A stretch of 32,000 nucleotides of DNA from Nostoc punctiforme PCC 73102 (GTDB taxonomy: Bacteria; Cyanobacteriota; Cyanobacteriia; Cyanobacteriales; Nostocaceae), in assembly GCF_000020025.1 (NCBI RefSeq), contig NC_010628.1:4710001-4742000 (forward strand), written 5' to 3'. Below, piece after piece: positions 1-9,966 of the stretch; the stretch's first letter is position 1; every line of letters starts with the position of its first letter. The position numbers and the translations under genes are program-made. Under the pieces are notes generated by a model. That model saw nothing but the letters and a program-made list of their open reading frames with translations, did no database searches and had not been told where the DNA came from.

Positions 1-32
1 TAAAGTAATCTCAATGCCTTAGAAGTTCTCAT

Positions 33-93
33 AAAAAAACGCAAATATACGCATTAAACGCAATTTTTCAGCATTCTCATACGTATATTTGCG
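33..93 (-). terminator. Rho-independent terminator candidate downstream of the TPP-enzyme gene
   Basis: Perfect 12-bp inverted repeat CGCAAATATACG (40-51) / CGTATATTTGCG (82-93) with a 30-nt loop. On the minus strand the hairpin is followed directly by a T7 run (A-run 33-39 on plus). It lies about 25 nt past the stop codon at 118-120. Confidence 0.55.
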
Positions 94-117
94 ATAAAAT
101 AAAAGACAATCGCAGTT

Positions 118-2331
118 TTAATGCACTAACGCGCTCGCACGTTTTGTCAACGCTTCAGCAGTCAATCCATTAAATGCCATTAACTCACCAGCACTAGCTG
201 TAGTTTCGCCACGCTTCCATGCAAAGGTGTCGCGCTTGGCTGTACTCCGTAACAGAATTGGTTCCAGCATCCCCGCCGCACCACCTGTCACAGCAATTAG
301 CGCATCGCCATCAAACAATTCGGCAAATTTCGCATCATCTAAGAAACCGCCTTCGGGTTCTGAACAGGTATCCCATGCAGTATCATGAGGACGATACAAT
401 TGCCGAGGATTGATTACAGAAATAATTTTGGCACCAATACCTTCAGTTTCCAAAAAAGCCGCAGCTTCAAATACTGGCATTAATGTCATATCACCAATTA
501 CAGTAAATACAACTTGTTTATCACCAGCGATTTCATGTAATAACACTGCACCATCGCGCAACCCTTGACGAGTTTGTTCTAAAGTTGTCCGAATTGGTAA
601 CGGCGATTTACTTGCAGTAATTACAATTCCCTTATTCTTAGTTTTCAAAGCCCACTCATAACAGGCTTGAATACTATTAGCATCGGGGGGAAATAATGGG
701 AAAACATTTCCATTTCGCATCAATGAAGCAAAGTAAGCTTCAATTTCTGGACGTTGGTGAGTCCAACCGTTACGCCCTTGCTCTAATGCGCCTGCTGTGA
801 ATAAAGTAATAGTCGAGGGAGTTTGACGGCGCAATTCTGCCATTGATTGGGTTACAGTTTGCCAAATTGGTAATCCGTTGATAGCAAAAGATTCGTAAGA
901 ACACCACAAAGTTCTCGCACCCATTAACGCTAAACCCGCAGCTAAACCGGCACAAGCATCTTCACTCAATGGTTCATAAACTTGTCCATTTGGTGCTTGA
1001 TTATATAAGTCGTCGGTTGTGGGGTGGATAATCTTTAATGCTTGGTTGATATTGGCAATTCCTGATGCTTCGTTACCGTCGGCGTTGGTGACGAGGAAAT
1101 TTCGATCTTTATTCCCAACAATTCCTACCAATCGTCCCATTGCGGTTGTGGAAACTTTGGCTTCACCTCCAACTGCATATTCTTCTAAAGGTAATTCGCC
1201 TAATTCTGGTAATGGTAATTCAAATTCCGTAACTACAGTTTTCGCTGCTGGGCCACCGCCTGCGCGTTCGGCATTTGTTCTGACTAATTGCCAAGCTTCC
1301 GCAGACAAAGCACGGGTTTGCAATGCACTAATAATATGTGGCGCATCTAGCGTATCTTTAGGATACAAATTGTGAGATTTTGCACCCCGCGCGTGGACTC
1401 CTGCACCTTTGAGTTGTTTAATAATGAAGACGGTAAGTTTACCACCCAAAGCCGATCGCGCTGCTTTATCTACACCCGAAAGTACTGCTTGAGTAAATGC
1501 TAGGCGTTTCTCAAAGGAAAAGGCGGTGCTATCAACGTAATCCCCTGGCTGATCTCGATCGTCAAAGTCTTTGGCATCCACTAACACGACTTCATCAAAA
1601 CCATTACCTTGCCAATATGCTTGCATCTGTTCATTGGTTTTCAGAGAAACCATGCTGTGATGTTCTTGGCTGTAACCGTTCCACACCAACACCGGTAAGA
1701 AGTTGGTGACAGCAGGATAAGCAGTATGGAAGTGAGCGATCGCACTTACAATATAAGGCTCACCCAATCCACCATCACCAACTGTAAAGGGGAATAACTT
1801 ATCTTTGTGCAGGAGTGCTGCCGCCATTGCAAAGTGTTGTCCTTGTCCCAAAGGCCCAGCCGGTGCAAGAATACCGGGAATGAACCCAGAAAGGTGTCCT
1901 AAAAGTCCGTGTTTTTCTCGGAAGCGATCGCGCAATTCTTGGACTGTAAAAATTCCCATGTCCTCTAGCGAACGATCCAAGAACATGGCACTATAAAATC
2001 CGGGGGCGTGGTGTCCGACTTCGGTAATAATGTTCTTGTATCCCAGCATGACAAGAGATGCGTAAGCTTCCGCTTGGCTGGCGAATCCGCCGGGATGCCC
2101 AGAAGCCTTACTAGCGGTAACTTGCAAAGTCAGGTAGCGCAGGGCATCGGCAGCTAGTAAAGTTTGATATACAGCTGCTTTGTCTGTGGGAGATGCGATC
2201 GCTATTTTGCCCGACTCGATAGCAGGTGTTGCACCATAAGTTTCAAAATCTGGTAACGCTTCACCAAAATATTGAATTCCTTCAGAAAAATTGGGAAGCG
2301 CTGAAGATGCTTTTGGAGAGATTGCAGTCAT
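118..2331 (-). CDS. Thiamine-diphosphate-dependent enzyme of the phosphoketolase/transketolase superfamily (divergent, 737 aa)
   Basis: Full-length ORF. It has the transketolase-like SGHPGG motif and a TPP-binding GDG-X30-N motif (GDGGLGEPY...LVWNG). The C-terminal half has phosphoketolase-like motifs (NGWTHQRPE, FPPDAN). It is shorter than canonical XFP enzymes of about 800 aa. Confidence 0.7.
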   Translation of the reverse strand: MTAISPKASSALPNFSEGIQYFGEALPDFETYGATPAIESGKIAIASPTDKAAVYQTLLAADALRYLTLQVTASKASGHPGGFASQAEAYASLVMLGYKNIITEVGHHAPGFYSAMFLDRSLEDMGIFTVQELRDRFREKHGLLGHLSGFIPGILAPAGPLGQGQHFAMAAALLHKDKLFPFTVGDGGLGEPYIVSAIAHFHTAYPAVTNFLPVLVWNGYSQEHHSMVSLKTNEQMQAYWQGNGFDEVVLVDAKDFDDRDQPGDYVDSTAFSFEKRLAFTQAVLSGVDKAARSALGGKLTVFIIKQLKGAGVHARGAKSHNLYPKDTLDAPHIISALQTRALSAEAWQLVRTNAERAGGGPAAKTVVTEFELPLPELGELPLEEYAVGGEAKVSTTAMGRLVGIVGNKDRNFLVTNADGNEASGIANINQALKIIHPTTDDLYNQAPNGQVYEPLSEDACAGLAAGLALMGARTLWCSYESFAINGLPIWQTVTQSMAELRRQTPSTITLFTAGALEQGRNGWTHQRPEIEAYFASLMRNGNVFPLFPPDANSIQACYEWALKTKNKGIVITASKSPLPIRTTLEQTRQGLRDGAVLLHEIAGDKQVVFTVIGDMTLMPVFEAAAFLETEGIGAKIISVINPRQLYRPHDTAWDTCSEPEGGFLDDAKFAELFDGDALIAVTGGAAGMLEPILLRSTAKRDTFAWKRGETTASAGELMAFNGLTAEALTKRASALVH

Positions 2332-2520
2332 GCTGAGTACCTTGTGACGATGAGATGAAACTGTAGATGCTCGTTGAATTTAACAAAAATTTTACATCTT
2401 TCAGGCTGTAACAGTTTATTGCTTTTTTGTACCCTCAGTATAAGTAACTTCAATCAACAGAAATTTATAAGTTGCAGTTAGTTAAAGTAGGAACAAGACA
2501 TAAAGTAACAAAAGAATTTT

Positions 2521-3903
2521 ATGAAATTACCAAAAGGCCCGCAAAGCCCAGCAGTTTTACAGATGCTACGCTGGATTACTAGCCCCATGTCATTTATGGA
2601 AACTTGTGCCAAAAGATATGGGGATATGTTCACCATCAGGTTAGACAGCAAATCTCCGCCACTGATATTTGTCAGTAAACCTGAAGTGCTAGAGCAGATT
2701 TTGACAAACGATATCAAGGGGTTAGAAGCACCTGGTGATACAAATCTGGTGTTTGAATCTTTGCTTGGTAAGCATTCTGTGATTACCATCAGTGGTGCGG
2801 AACACCAACGCCAACGGCAGTTGTTATTGCCACCTTTTCACGGTGAAAGAATGCGAAGCTATAGTCAAATAATTAGTGATATTACCGAGAAAGTCATTAG
2901 CCAATACCAGATAGGGCAACCCTTCAATATCCGGTCTGTTACCCAAGCTATTACCCTGCGAGTGATTATGCAAGCTGTGTTTGGACTAGATGAAGGCCCA
3001 CGCGCCGAAAAATTACAGCATTGTTTGGCTGAAATGCTGGAAAAAGGAAGTTCTGTGTTGAGTGCCGCTTTGCTTTATTTTCCAGCTTTGCAAAGGGATT
3101 TTGGCCCGATTAATTTCTGGGGAAAGCAGATGCGCCGACAGCAGGCAGCTGACAAACTTATATACGAAGAAATTCGAGAACGTCAAGAACAACCAGACCC
3201 ATCACGCACAGATATCCTCAGCTTACTCATGGCAGCTAGGGATGAAGCAGGTCAACCAATGACTGATGAAAAGTTACGCGATGAATTAATGACTCTGTTG
3301 GTCGCAGGCCATGAAACCACAGCAACAGCCTTAGCATGGGCATTTTACTGGATTCAAAAAATACCAACAGTACGCCAAAAGTTACTGAAAGAACTAGATA
3401 GCTTGGGTGATAACCCTGACCCCAGCACCATTTTTAAATTACCCTACCTCAACGCTGTTTGTTCCGAAACTTTGCGAATTTACCCAGTAGCGATGCTGAC
3501 TTTTGCCAGAGTAGTCAGAACTCCTCTATCTTTGGGTGGCTACGAACTTGAACCAGGTATAGGTGTTATTGGTTCAATTTACTTGACCCACCACCGAGAA
3601 GATTTATACCCCGAACCTAAGCAGTTTAAACCAGAACGCTTTTTAGAACGGCAATTTTCTCCCTATGAATATTTACCTTTTGGGGGTGGTGCAAGGCGCT
3701 GTATTGGTCTAGCATTTGCCCAGTTGGAAATGAAGCTAGCACTCGCCAAAATCCTTTCCACCCGTGAATTAGAACTAGTTGACAATAGTGAAGTACGACC
3801 TAAACGCCGTGGTTTAGTGACAGGCCAAGATCGTCCCATCCAGATGGTTGTCACCAGCCAACGTCAGGTGAAGTTTCCTATCCTACAGACAGCCACTGTT
3901 TGA
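2521..3903 (+). CDS. Cytochrome P450 (CYP110-like cyanobacterial family)
   Basis: 460-aa ORF with the heme-thiolate loop FGGGARRCIGLAFA, I-helix AGHETT, ExxR (ETLR) and PERF motifs. The N-terminus LPKGPQSP...YGDMFT is typical of cyanobacterial CYP110 members. Confidence 0.9.
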   Translation: MKLPKGPQSPAVLQMLRWITSPMSFMETCAKRYGDMFTIRLDSKSPPLIFVSKPEVLEQILTNDIKGLEAPGDTNLVFESLLGKHSVITISGAEHQRQRQLLLPPFHGERMRSYSQIISDITEKVISQYQIGQPFNIRSVTQAITLRVIMQAVFGLDEGPRAEKLQHCLAEMLEKGSSVLSAALLYFPALQRDFGPINFWGKQMRRQQAADKLIYEEIRERQEQPDPSRTDILSLLMAARDEAGQPMTDEKLRDELMTLLVAGHETTATALAWAFYWIQKIPTVRQKLLKELDSLGDNPDPSTIFKLPYLNAVCSETLRIYPVAMLTFARVVRTPLSLGGYELEPGIGVIGSIYLTHHREDLYPEPKQFKPERFLERQFSPYEYLPFGGGARRCIGLAFAQLEMKLALAKILSTRELELVDNSEVRPKRRGLVTGQDRPIQMVVTSQRQVKFPILQTATV

Positions 3904-3985
3904 TGTTGAGGGCTTTGATGGTTGCGTTCAAGGAACCTTCAACTTTCATCTATATATTTAGATAGATTTTCAATGCTTTTAATTA

Positions 3986-4024
3986 ATCCCCCATAGTCCT
4001 CTTTTAAGGAGGTTTATGGGGGAT
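3986..4024 (+). terminator. Stem-loop (terminator or small palindromic repeat) after the first P450
   Basis: Perfect 10-bp arms ATCCCCCATA (3986-3995) / TATGGGGGAT (4015-4024) with an inner CCTC/GAGG pairing, followed by TTTAAT. It lies about 80 nt downstream of the stop at 3903. Confidence 0.45.
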
Positions 4025-4390
4025 TTTAATATATTGCAACTGTAAAAAGAATGAGTTTTAAGACTGAGTACATATAGCAATACCAAATCTTTTAACATCA
4101 CCAAAAGACGTAGTTTTCGTGGATATATCCCACAATAATTAATTAAGCTTCTTCTATAAATACCTCTAAAAATTTGGTAAAAAAATATTATTATCTTTGT
4201 AAAAATTCATGTTAATGCTTTGTAAGCATGATTAACTTAGCGGTAATTAACTCCCGAACATCTCCCCAAAGTATTAAAAATATTTGCTCTAATTCCCTAA
4301 TTAAAAATTAAGCCTAGGAAGGATCTAGGCTTACCTCAAGCTTATTGAATTATTTACAGCTTACTAAAGCCTAAAAGTATCGAATAAATA

Positions 4391-5767
4391 ATGAAAATAC
4401 TTGATAGTCTAACCACACCATCGTTGCTGCAAACTCTGCAATTAATCGCTAAACCCACAAAAACTTTAGAAAATTATGCTACCAAGTATGGTGACATTTT
4501 CACAATGCGGGTAATGGGTTTAAAGTCGCCACCGATAGTATTTTTTAGCCATCCCCAAGCAATTAGTGATTGTTTTGCCGTCCCTGCACACAAGTTAGAT
4601 TTTAAAAAAGCAACACATGTATTTAAACCCTTGTTTGGAGAGAATTCTATTGTATTTAAAGAAGCGCGATCACACCAACAACAACGGCAGTTATTACTAC
4701 CAGCATTTCATGGCGATAATTTAAAGTCTTATGGACAAGCAATTTGCCAAATTGCTGAAGAACTTACACAAAGTTGGACATCAGGTACAAATATTTGTAT
4801 ACACAAATTAATGTCAAAGATCACTTTAGAAATTATCTTACAAGTGGTATTTGGTATTACTCATGGTGTGCGTTACCAACAATTAAAAGAACAATTGAGT
4901 GCTTTATTAGAAGACGTAACTAAACCTTGGTATTCCAGCTTGTTTTTCTTTCCTTCGCTGCAAAAAGATTTAGGCGCATGGAGTCCTTGGGGAATTTTCT
5001 TAAAAAGACGAGAGCAAATTGATAAACTCATCTATGCAGAAATTTCTGAAAGACGTTGGCAAAATGATGCTATGCGTACAGATATTCTCAGTCTGCTGAT
5101 GTCAGCACATGACGTAAATGGGCAACAGATGACAGATGAGGAATTACGCGATCAACTCGTTTCATTATTGCTGTTGGGTTACGAAACTACATCTGGTGTA
5201 TTAGCCTGGATATTTTATTTAATTCACTCTCATCCAGAGGTTAAACATCGGCTAATGCAAGAACTAAGCACCTTGGACAACCTCACGAATCCTGAAGCAA
5301 TTACACAATTACCTTATCTCACTGCCGTCTGTCAAGAAACACTGCGAATTCATCCTATTGCTCTAATTTGCACACCACGAATGCTAAAAGAGCCAGTGGA
5401 AATTATGGGGCATAAATTTACATCAGAAACAGTTTTAGTTCCATGTATTCATTTAGCACATCGCCGAACAGACACTTACCCAGAACCAGAACAGTTTCGT
5501 CCAGAAAGATTCCTCAACCAAAAATTTTCACCTTACGAATATTTACCCTTTGGTGGAGGTTATCGCGGTTGCATTGGTGCAGCATTTTCTATGTATGAAC
5601 TGAAATTAGTAACAGCCATAATATTATCCCGTTTTGAATTAAGCCTTACTGATAAACGTCCAGCATATCCAGTCCGTCGTGGTATTACAATTGTCCCTAG
5701 CGGCGGTGTAAAAATGGTTGTTACTAAAAAGGCAAAATTTAAAAGACAAACAATACTTTCTACTTGA
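4391..5767 (+). CDS. Cytochrome P450, paralog of 2521-3903
   Basis: 458-aa ORF with Cys-loop FGGGYRGCIGAAFS, I-helix LGYETTS, ETLR and PERF. It is colinear with the upstream P450 along its whole length (e.g. YGD.FT, HQ.QRQLLLP.FHG, RTDILSLLM, MTDEELRD). Confidence 0.9.
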   Translation: MKILDSLTTPSLLQTLQLIAKPTKTLENYATKYGDIFTMRVMGLKSPPIVFFSHPQAISDCFAVPAHKLDFKKATHVFKPLFGENSIVFKEARSHQQQRQLLLPAFHGDNLKSYGQAICQIAEELTQSWTSGTNICIHKLMSKITLEIILQVVFGITHGVRYQQLKEQLSALLEDVTKPWYSSLFFFPSLQKDLGAWSPWGIFLKRREQIDKLIYAEISERRWQNDAMRTDILSLLMSAHDVNGQQMTDEELRDQLVSLLLLGYETTSGVLAWIFYLIHSHPEVKHRLMQELSTLDNLTNPEAITQLPYLTAVCQETLRIHPIALICTPRMLKEPVEIMGHKFTSETVLVPCIHLAHRRTDTYPEPEQFRPERFLNQKFSPYEYLPFGGGYRGCIGAAFSMYELKLVTAIILSRFELSLTDKRPAYPVRRGITIVPSGGVKMVVTKKAKFKRQTILST

Positions 5768-5869
5768 TTACTCAATCTTCCGATTTGCATATACCTAAAT
5801 ACAGATCCGCTCTTTAGCATATAGCCTTTACAGTAAATAGTAAGAGGACATTTAGGAGATTACTAATCC

Positions 5870-6628
5870 ATGCCTGATGAGCATCGGTTGGAGGAAAAAT
5901 TTTTATCCCAGGAAGCTGAAAGAAGAGTATCTGAAAAGCTAGATGAAGTAGAAAAAATAGAAATAGATGTACAAACCGATCTGTTTAAAATAGTTCAGGG
6001 ACAGGCGGATGGAGTTTCGGTTGCAGGACAAGGATTAACGATCGAAAAAGATATTCGCGTACAAGAAATAAAACTGCAAACAGAAAGTATTACCATTAAT
6101 CCCTTAAGCGCCCTTTTTGGCCAAATAGAACTTAACGATCCAGTAAATGCCATTGCTCGTATTATACTCACAGAAGTAGATATGAACCGCACCTTGGCAT
6201 CAGACTTTGTTCGCAGCAAGATGCAAGATTTTGATTTGGATGTAGATGGCAGAATTGTAAGTTTTGAAGCACAAAAAATTGAAATATTTTTACCTGGTGA
6301 TGGCAAAATAGAATGTAGGGGAAGAGTACTGTTAAAGGAAAAGGGAAATACTCGCCCTTTGGCTTACACTGCGATCGCACGTCCACGCACTCATTCACAA
6401 CCCGCGATGCTGGAGAGTTTTAACTGCACTGAGGGCGGGGGAATTTCCATAGAAGTAGTTACAGCTTTAATGCAGAAAGCAAAAGAGTTGATGAATATAC
6501 CATATTTTAAATGGAAAGATATGGTGTTTCATATTAAAGATATAAAAGTGGAAACTGGTAGTTTAATACTGATGGTAGAAACTCAAGTGAGGCAAATACC
6601 ATCATCGTCAAATTTTTCATCTACTTAG
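5870..6628 (+). CDS. DUF2993 / LmeA-like (putative lipid-binding) protein
   Basis: 252-aa ORF preceded by TAGGAGA. The sequence pattern (IEIDVQTD..K..QG.ADGVSVAGQGL...D.RVQE..LQT..I.INPLSA.FG.IEL..P) matches my recollection of cyanobacterial DUF2993 proteins. No search was run. Confidence 0.5.
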   Translation: MPDEHRLEEKFLSQEAERRVSEKLDEVEKIEIDVQTDLFKIVQGQADGVSVAGQGLTIEKDIRVQEIKLQTESITINPLSALFGQIELNDPVNAIARIILTEVDMNRTLASDFVRSKMQDFDLDVDGRIVSFEAQKIEIFLPGDGKIECRGRVLLKEKGNTRPLAYTAIARPRTHSQPAMLESFNCTEGGGISIEVVTALMQKAKELMNIPYFKWKDMVFHIKDIKVETGSLILMVETQVRQIPSSSNFSST

Positions 6629-6732
6629 TAGAATTAACCTTAATTAAAGATAATTTTTGTTACTGAAGGATGATGTAAAAGTAATAAAATGTTTCTACTA
6701 TTTAGAAAGCTACTTATTTCTAAATTCCAACT

Positions 6733-8427
6733 ATGCAAGAGTATGATGTTGTGCTGATCGGTGCTGGACACAATGGGTTAGTTTGTGCGGCTTACTTGTT
6801 GAAAGCTGGTTATAGCGTCCTGTTACTGGAAAAGCGCTCTGTTCCAGGTGGTGCAGCAACAACTGAAGAATGTTTACCGCAAGAGGCTCCTGGATTTAAA
6901 TTTAACTTGTGCGCTATTGACCATGAGTTTATTCACTTGGGGCCAGTTGTTGAAGAATTAGAATTAGAAAAATACGGCTTGCATTATTTGGAGTGCGATC
7001 CAGTTGTTTTCTGTCCTCATCCTGATGGCAAGTATTTCTTAGGGCATAAGTCGCTAGAAAAAACTTGTGCAGAAATTGCTCGTTATAATGAACGTGATGC
7101 CAAAAAATACGCAGAATTTGTAGATTATTGGCAACGAGCAATCGGTGCAATGATTCCGATGTTTAATGCACCGCCAAAGTCAATTATAGATATTGTTGGC
7201 AACTACGATATCAAAAAATTCAAAGATTTATTTTCGGTTATTGGTTCGCCAAACAAAACGCTGGACTTTATTCGCACTATGTTAACCAGCGCCGAGGATT
7301 TACTTAACGAGTGGTTTGATGAAGAATTTCTAAAAGCGCCACTAGCAAGGCTAGCATCAGAACTTGGTGCGCCACCATCGCAAAAAACCCTTGCCATTGG
7401 TGCAATTATGATGGCGATGCGTCATAACCCTGGCATGGCCAGACCTCGCGGCGGAACTGGCGCATTAGTGCAAGCTTTGGTGAATTTAGTCACAAGTAAA
7501 GGTGGCGTTATTCTTACAGATCAGCATGTTGAAAAAGTTTTAATTGATGATGGTAAAGCTGTTGGCGTGCGGGTTGCTGGTGGTAAAGAATATCGCGCCA
7601 AATATGGGGTTATTTCTAATATTGATGCCAAGCGGTTGTTCTTACAAATGACTGATAAAAGTGATGTTGATGGAGCCGACCCAGATTTATGGGAAAGGTT
7701 AGAACGCCGCATTGTTAACAATAACGAAACCATCCTTAAGATAGACTTAGCTTTAGACGAACCACTGCATTTTCCACACCACGCTCACAAAGATGAATAT
7801 CTCGTTGGTTCTATCTTGATTGCCGATTCTGTGGCTCATGTAGAACAGGCTCATAGTAAATGTACTTTGGGAGAGATTCCTGATGCTGACCCATCAATGT
7901 ATGTGGTGATGCCTAGCTACTTAGACCCTACATTAGCACCACCAGGTAAGCACACTGTATGGATTGAGTATTTTGCCCCTTATCAAATTGCCGGTGCAGA
8001 AGGTACTGGTTTAAAAGGTACTGGCTGGACAGATGAGTTGAAAAATAAAGTTGCAGATAGAGTGGTTGATAAGTTGGCAGACTATGCACCAAATGTCAAA
8101 AATGCAACTATCGCTCGTCGTGTTGAAAGTCCAGCAGAACTAGGAGAAAGATTAGGTGCTTACAAAGGAAATTATTACCATGTTGACATGACTTTAGATC
8201 AGATGATATTTTTCCGTCCATTACCAGAAATAGCAAACTACAAAACGCCAATTGATAATCTATTTTTGACTGGTGCTGGTACTCATCCAGGTGGTTCGAT
8301 TTCGGGAATGCCGGGACGCAATTGTGCCCGCGCCTTTTTACAGGCAAAACATCCTATTAGCCAAACCTTAAAGGATGCAAGAGATTCGATTAAGTCAACT
8401 GTCGAGTCAGTCTTTGGAATTAATTAG
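6733..8427 (+). CDS. crtO: CrtI-family FAD-dependent carotenoid ketolase (CrtO-type beta-carotene ketolase)
   Basis: 564-aa ORF. It has the N-terminal dinucleotide fold YDVVLIGAGHNGLVCAAYL..G..V.LLEKR..PGGAATTEE. It also has long conserved blocks recalled from Synechocystis CrtO (FNAPP, LDFIRTM, LNEWFD, KAPLARL, GAPPSQK, RRVESPAELGERLG, LTGAGTHPGGSISGMPGRNCA). Confidence 0.75.
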   Translation: MQEYDVVLIGAGHNGLVCAAYLLKAGYSVLLLEKRSVPGGAATTEECLPQEAPGFKFNLCAIDHEFIHLGPVVEELELEKYGLHYLECDPVVFCPHPDGKYFLGHKSLEKTCAEIARYNERDAKKYAEFVDYWQRAIGAMIPMFNAPPKSIIDIVGNYDIKKFKDLFSVIGSPNKTLDFIRTMLTSAEDLLNEWFDEEFLKAPLARLASELGAPPSQKTLAIGAIMMAMRHNPGMARPRGGTGALVQALVNLVTSKGGVILTDQHVEKVLIDDGKAVGVRVAGGKEYRAKYGVISNIDAKRLFLQMTDKSDVDGADPDLWERLERRIVNNNETILKIDLALDEPLHFPHHAHKDEYLVGSILIADSVAHVEQAHSKCTLGEIPDADPSMYVVMPSYLDPTLAPPGKHTVWIEYFAPYQIAGAEGTGLKGTGWTDELKNKVADRVVDKLADYAPNVKNATIARRVESPAELGERLGAYKGNYYHVDMTLDQMIFFRPLPEIANYKTPIDNLFLTGAGTHPGGSISGMPGRNCARAFLQAKHPISQTLKDARDSIKSTVESVFGIN

Positions 8428-8466
8428 GCGTTGCAAACATAAAGCCTATTATTATCTATTTTTTGC

Positions 8467-8519
8467 CTTCATGTCTTTGTACTGAAAATCGAATTTTGGT
8501 ATCACAAAGATATGAAGGT
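8467..8519 (+). terminator. Imperfect hairpin downstream of crtO
   Basis: CCTTCATGTCTTTGT (8467-8481) pairs with ACAAAGATATGAAGG (8505-8519), 14 of 15 positions, with a 23-nt loop. It starts about 40 nt after the crtO stop. There is no clear U-tract, so confidence is low. Confidence 0.3.
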
Positions 8520-9222
8520 ATTATTTAAAGTATCGTCTTAAATAGGAATCTGTTTTGATGTTTGTTCGTGCAACCTTGCGTAGACGTACTTATTTGCGTG
8601 GGTAGGAAAGAAGGTTTTTTAGTTGTACGGAGTTTTTTTTAAATAAAATATGAGTCCTATAGACTTTACAAGCGAGAAGTTACATTGATAGACTTCCCAT
8701 AATTTTTGCAAATATAACGCTGATAGTAATCATTGAGAATCAGTTATTGGCATCCCCCCAACGAGAGATGTTAATCTGATGCGGTTTTAAGTTGCATAGT
8801 TTCAATCGCTAAAAAGAGGCAAAGACGTAATTTGAATGATGATTAGCTTAGATAAATGCTTGAAAAATGAAGCAACTAACATCATTGTTTAGCGAAAACT
8901 ATTACGATCGCCTATGGCGGGTGGTATACCATTGCACTCTTAGTAATTACCAAACACTTGCAATGTCTACAACAGGCGACATTTACACAATATATACAAC
9001 ACAAATAATTGTTTTTTTAATGAAATAGGTACTAAGTAATTGCTTTATGTAGATTTAATATGATAATCTAGCCTACGCTTGATTTTAATAAACATCTATG
9101 CGTCGTCAACAAAGCTCTTTCTGAAAAGATAAGTGAATTAATGCGTAAAAACTAGTGTATTTTGATAATACTCAAAAAAAGAACGAATTTTAACATCATC
9201 TCATAAGTTTTGTAGGTAAAGC

Positions 9223-9966
9223 ATGATTGTTCAGCGCTGCTTCGTTGCATCTGGTTTGATAGCTTTCTTCGCATTTGGTTGTAGTGGTGGGGCAAACTCA
9301 TCAATAGAAAATACTACACAAGTTGTCCAAGAAAGTAATGTAACCCAGCTTTTCATAGAAGCGAAGGCTACCCAAAAAGCAGAAGACTTTTTTCATCAAG
9401 GTAATAATTTATTAGATGGACAACGTTATGAAGATGCAATAAAGGCATACGATAAAGCGATCGCCATCAAAGTTGAGAGTCCTGAAGCTTGGATTAACCG
9501 TGGCATAGCTTTAACATCGTTGCAACGTTACCAAGATGCTCTTGCATCCTATGATAAAGCGATCGCGATCAAACCCGATAAATATGAAGCCTGGTATAAT
9601 CGTGGCATAGCTTTGACATCGTTGCAGCGCTACAAAGACGCGATCGCATCTTACGATAAAGCGATCGCCATTCAACCCAACAAATATCAAGCCTTAATTA
9701 ACCGAGGCATTGCACTGACAAAGCTACACCGCTACCAAGACGCGATCGCATCTTATGATAGAGCGATCGTCATCAAGCAAGATTTGCACCAAGCATATTA
9801 CAACAAAGCTTGCTCTTATGCTTTACAAAGCAATTTAGAATTGGCAATTGAGAACCTAGACAAAGCAATTGAGCTTGTTCCTGATAAATACAAGAAATTA
9901 GCAAAAACTGATCCAGACTTTAGCAAAGTGCGTAGTGAAAAGCAATTTCAGGAATTAATCCAATAG
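9223..9966 (+). CDS. TPR-repeat lipoprotein / secreted TPR protein
   Basis: 247-aa ORF. The N-terminal hydrophobic signal ends in a lipobox-like FAFGC. It is followed by about five 34-aa TPR units with high internal similarity (AW.NRGIALTSLQRY.DA.ASYDKAIAIKP). Confidence 0.8.
   Translation: MIVQRCFVASGLIAFFAFGCSGGANSSIENTTQVVQESNVTQLFIEAKATQKAEDFFHQGNNLLDGQRYEDAIKAYDKAIAIKVESPEAWINRGIALTSLQRYQDALASYDKAIAIKPDKYEAWYNRGIALTSLQRYKDAIASYDKAIAIQPNKYQALINRGIALTKLHRYQDAIASYDRAIVIKQDLHQAYYNKACSYALQSNLELAIENLDKAIELVPDKYKKLAKTDPDFSKVRSEKQFQELIQ

Noticed and set aside
219-2000. Short ORFs antisense to or overlapping long genes. These include 219-413, 770-955, 1019-1375, 1497-1709 and 1805-1996, and similar ones inside the P450, crtO, gcvP, gcvT, mutS, TPR and HlyD genes.
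   Set aside because: Each lies entirely within a long ORF that has strong family motifs on the other strand or in another frame. They have no RBS and biased, low-complexity composition, so they are treated as spurious.
8428-9222. 795-bp gap without ORFs, inspected for tRNA, sRNA or small genes (for example a 25-aa ORF near 8869)
   Set aside because: No tRNA cloverleaf or T-loop consensus, riboswitch core, or RBS-preceded conserved-looking ORF could be recognised. The only features are a weak hairpin and a fragment of the dispersed repeat. I cannot support any RNA gene call from sequence alone.
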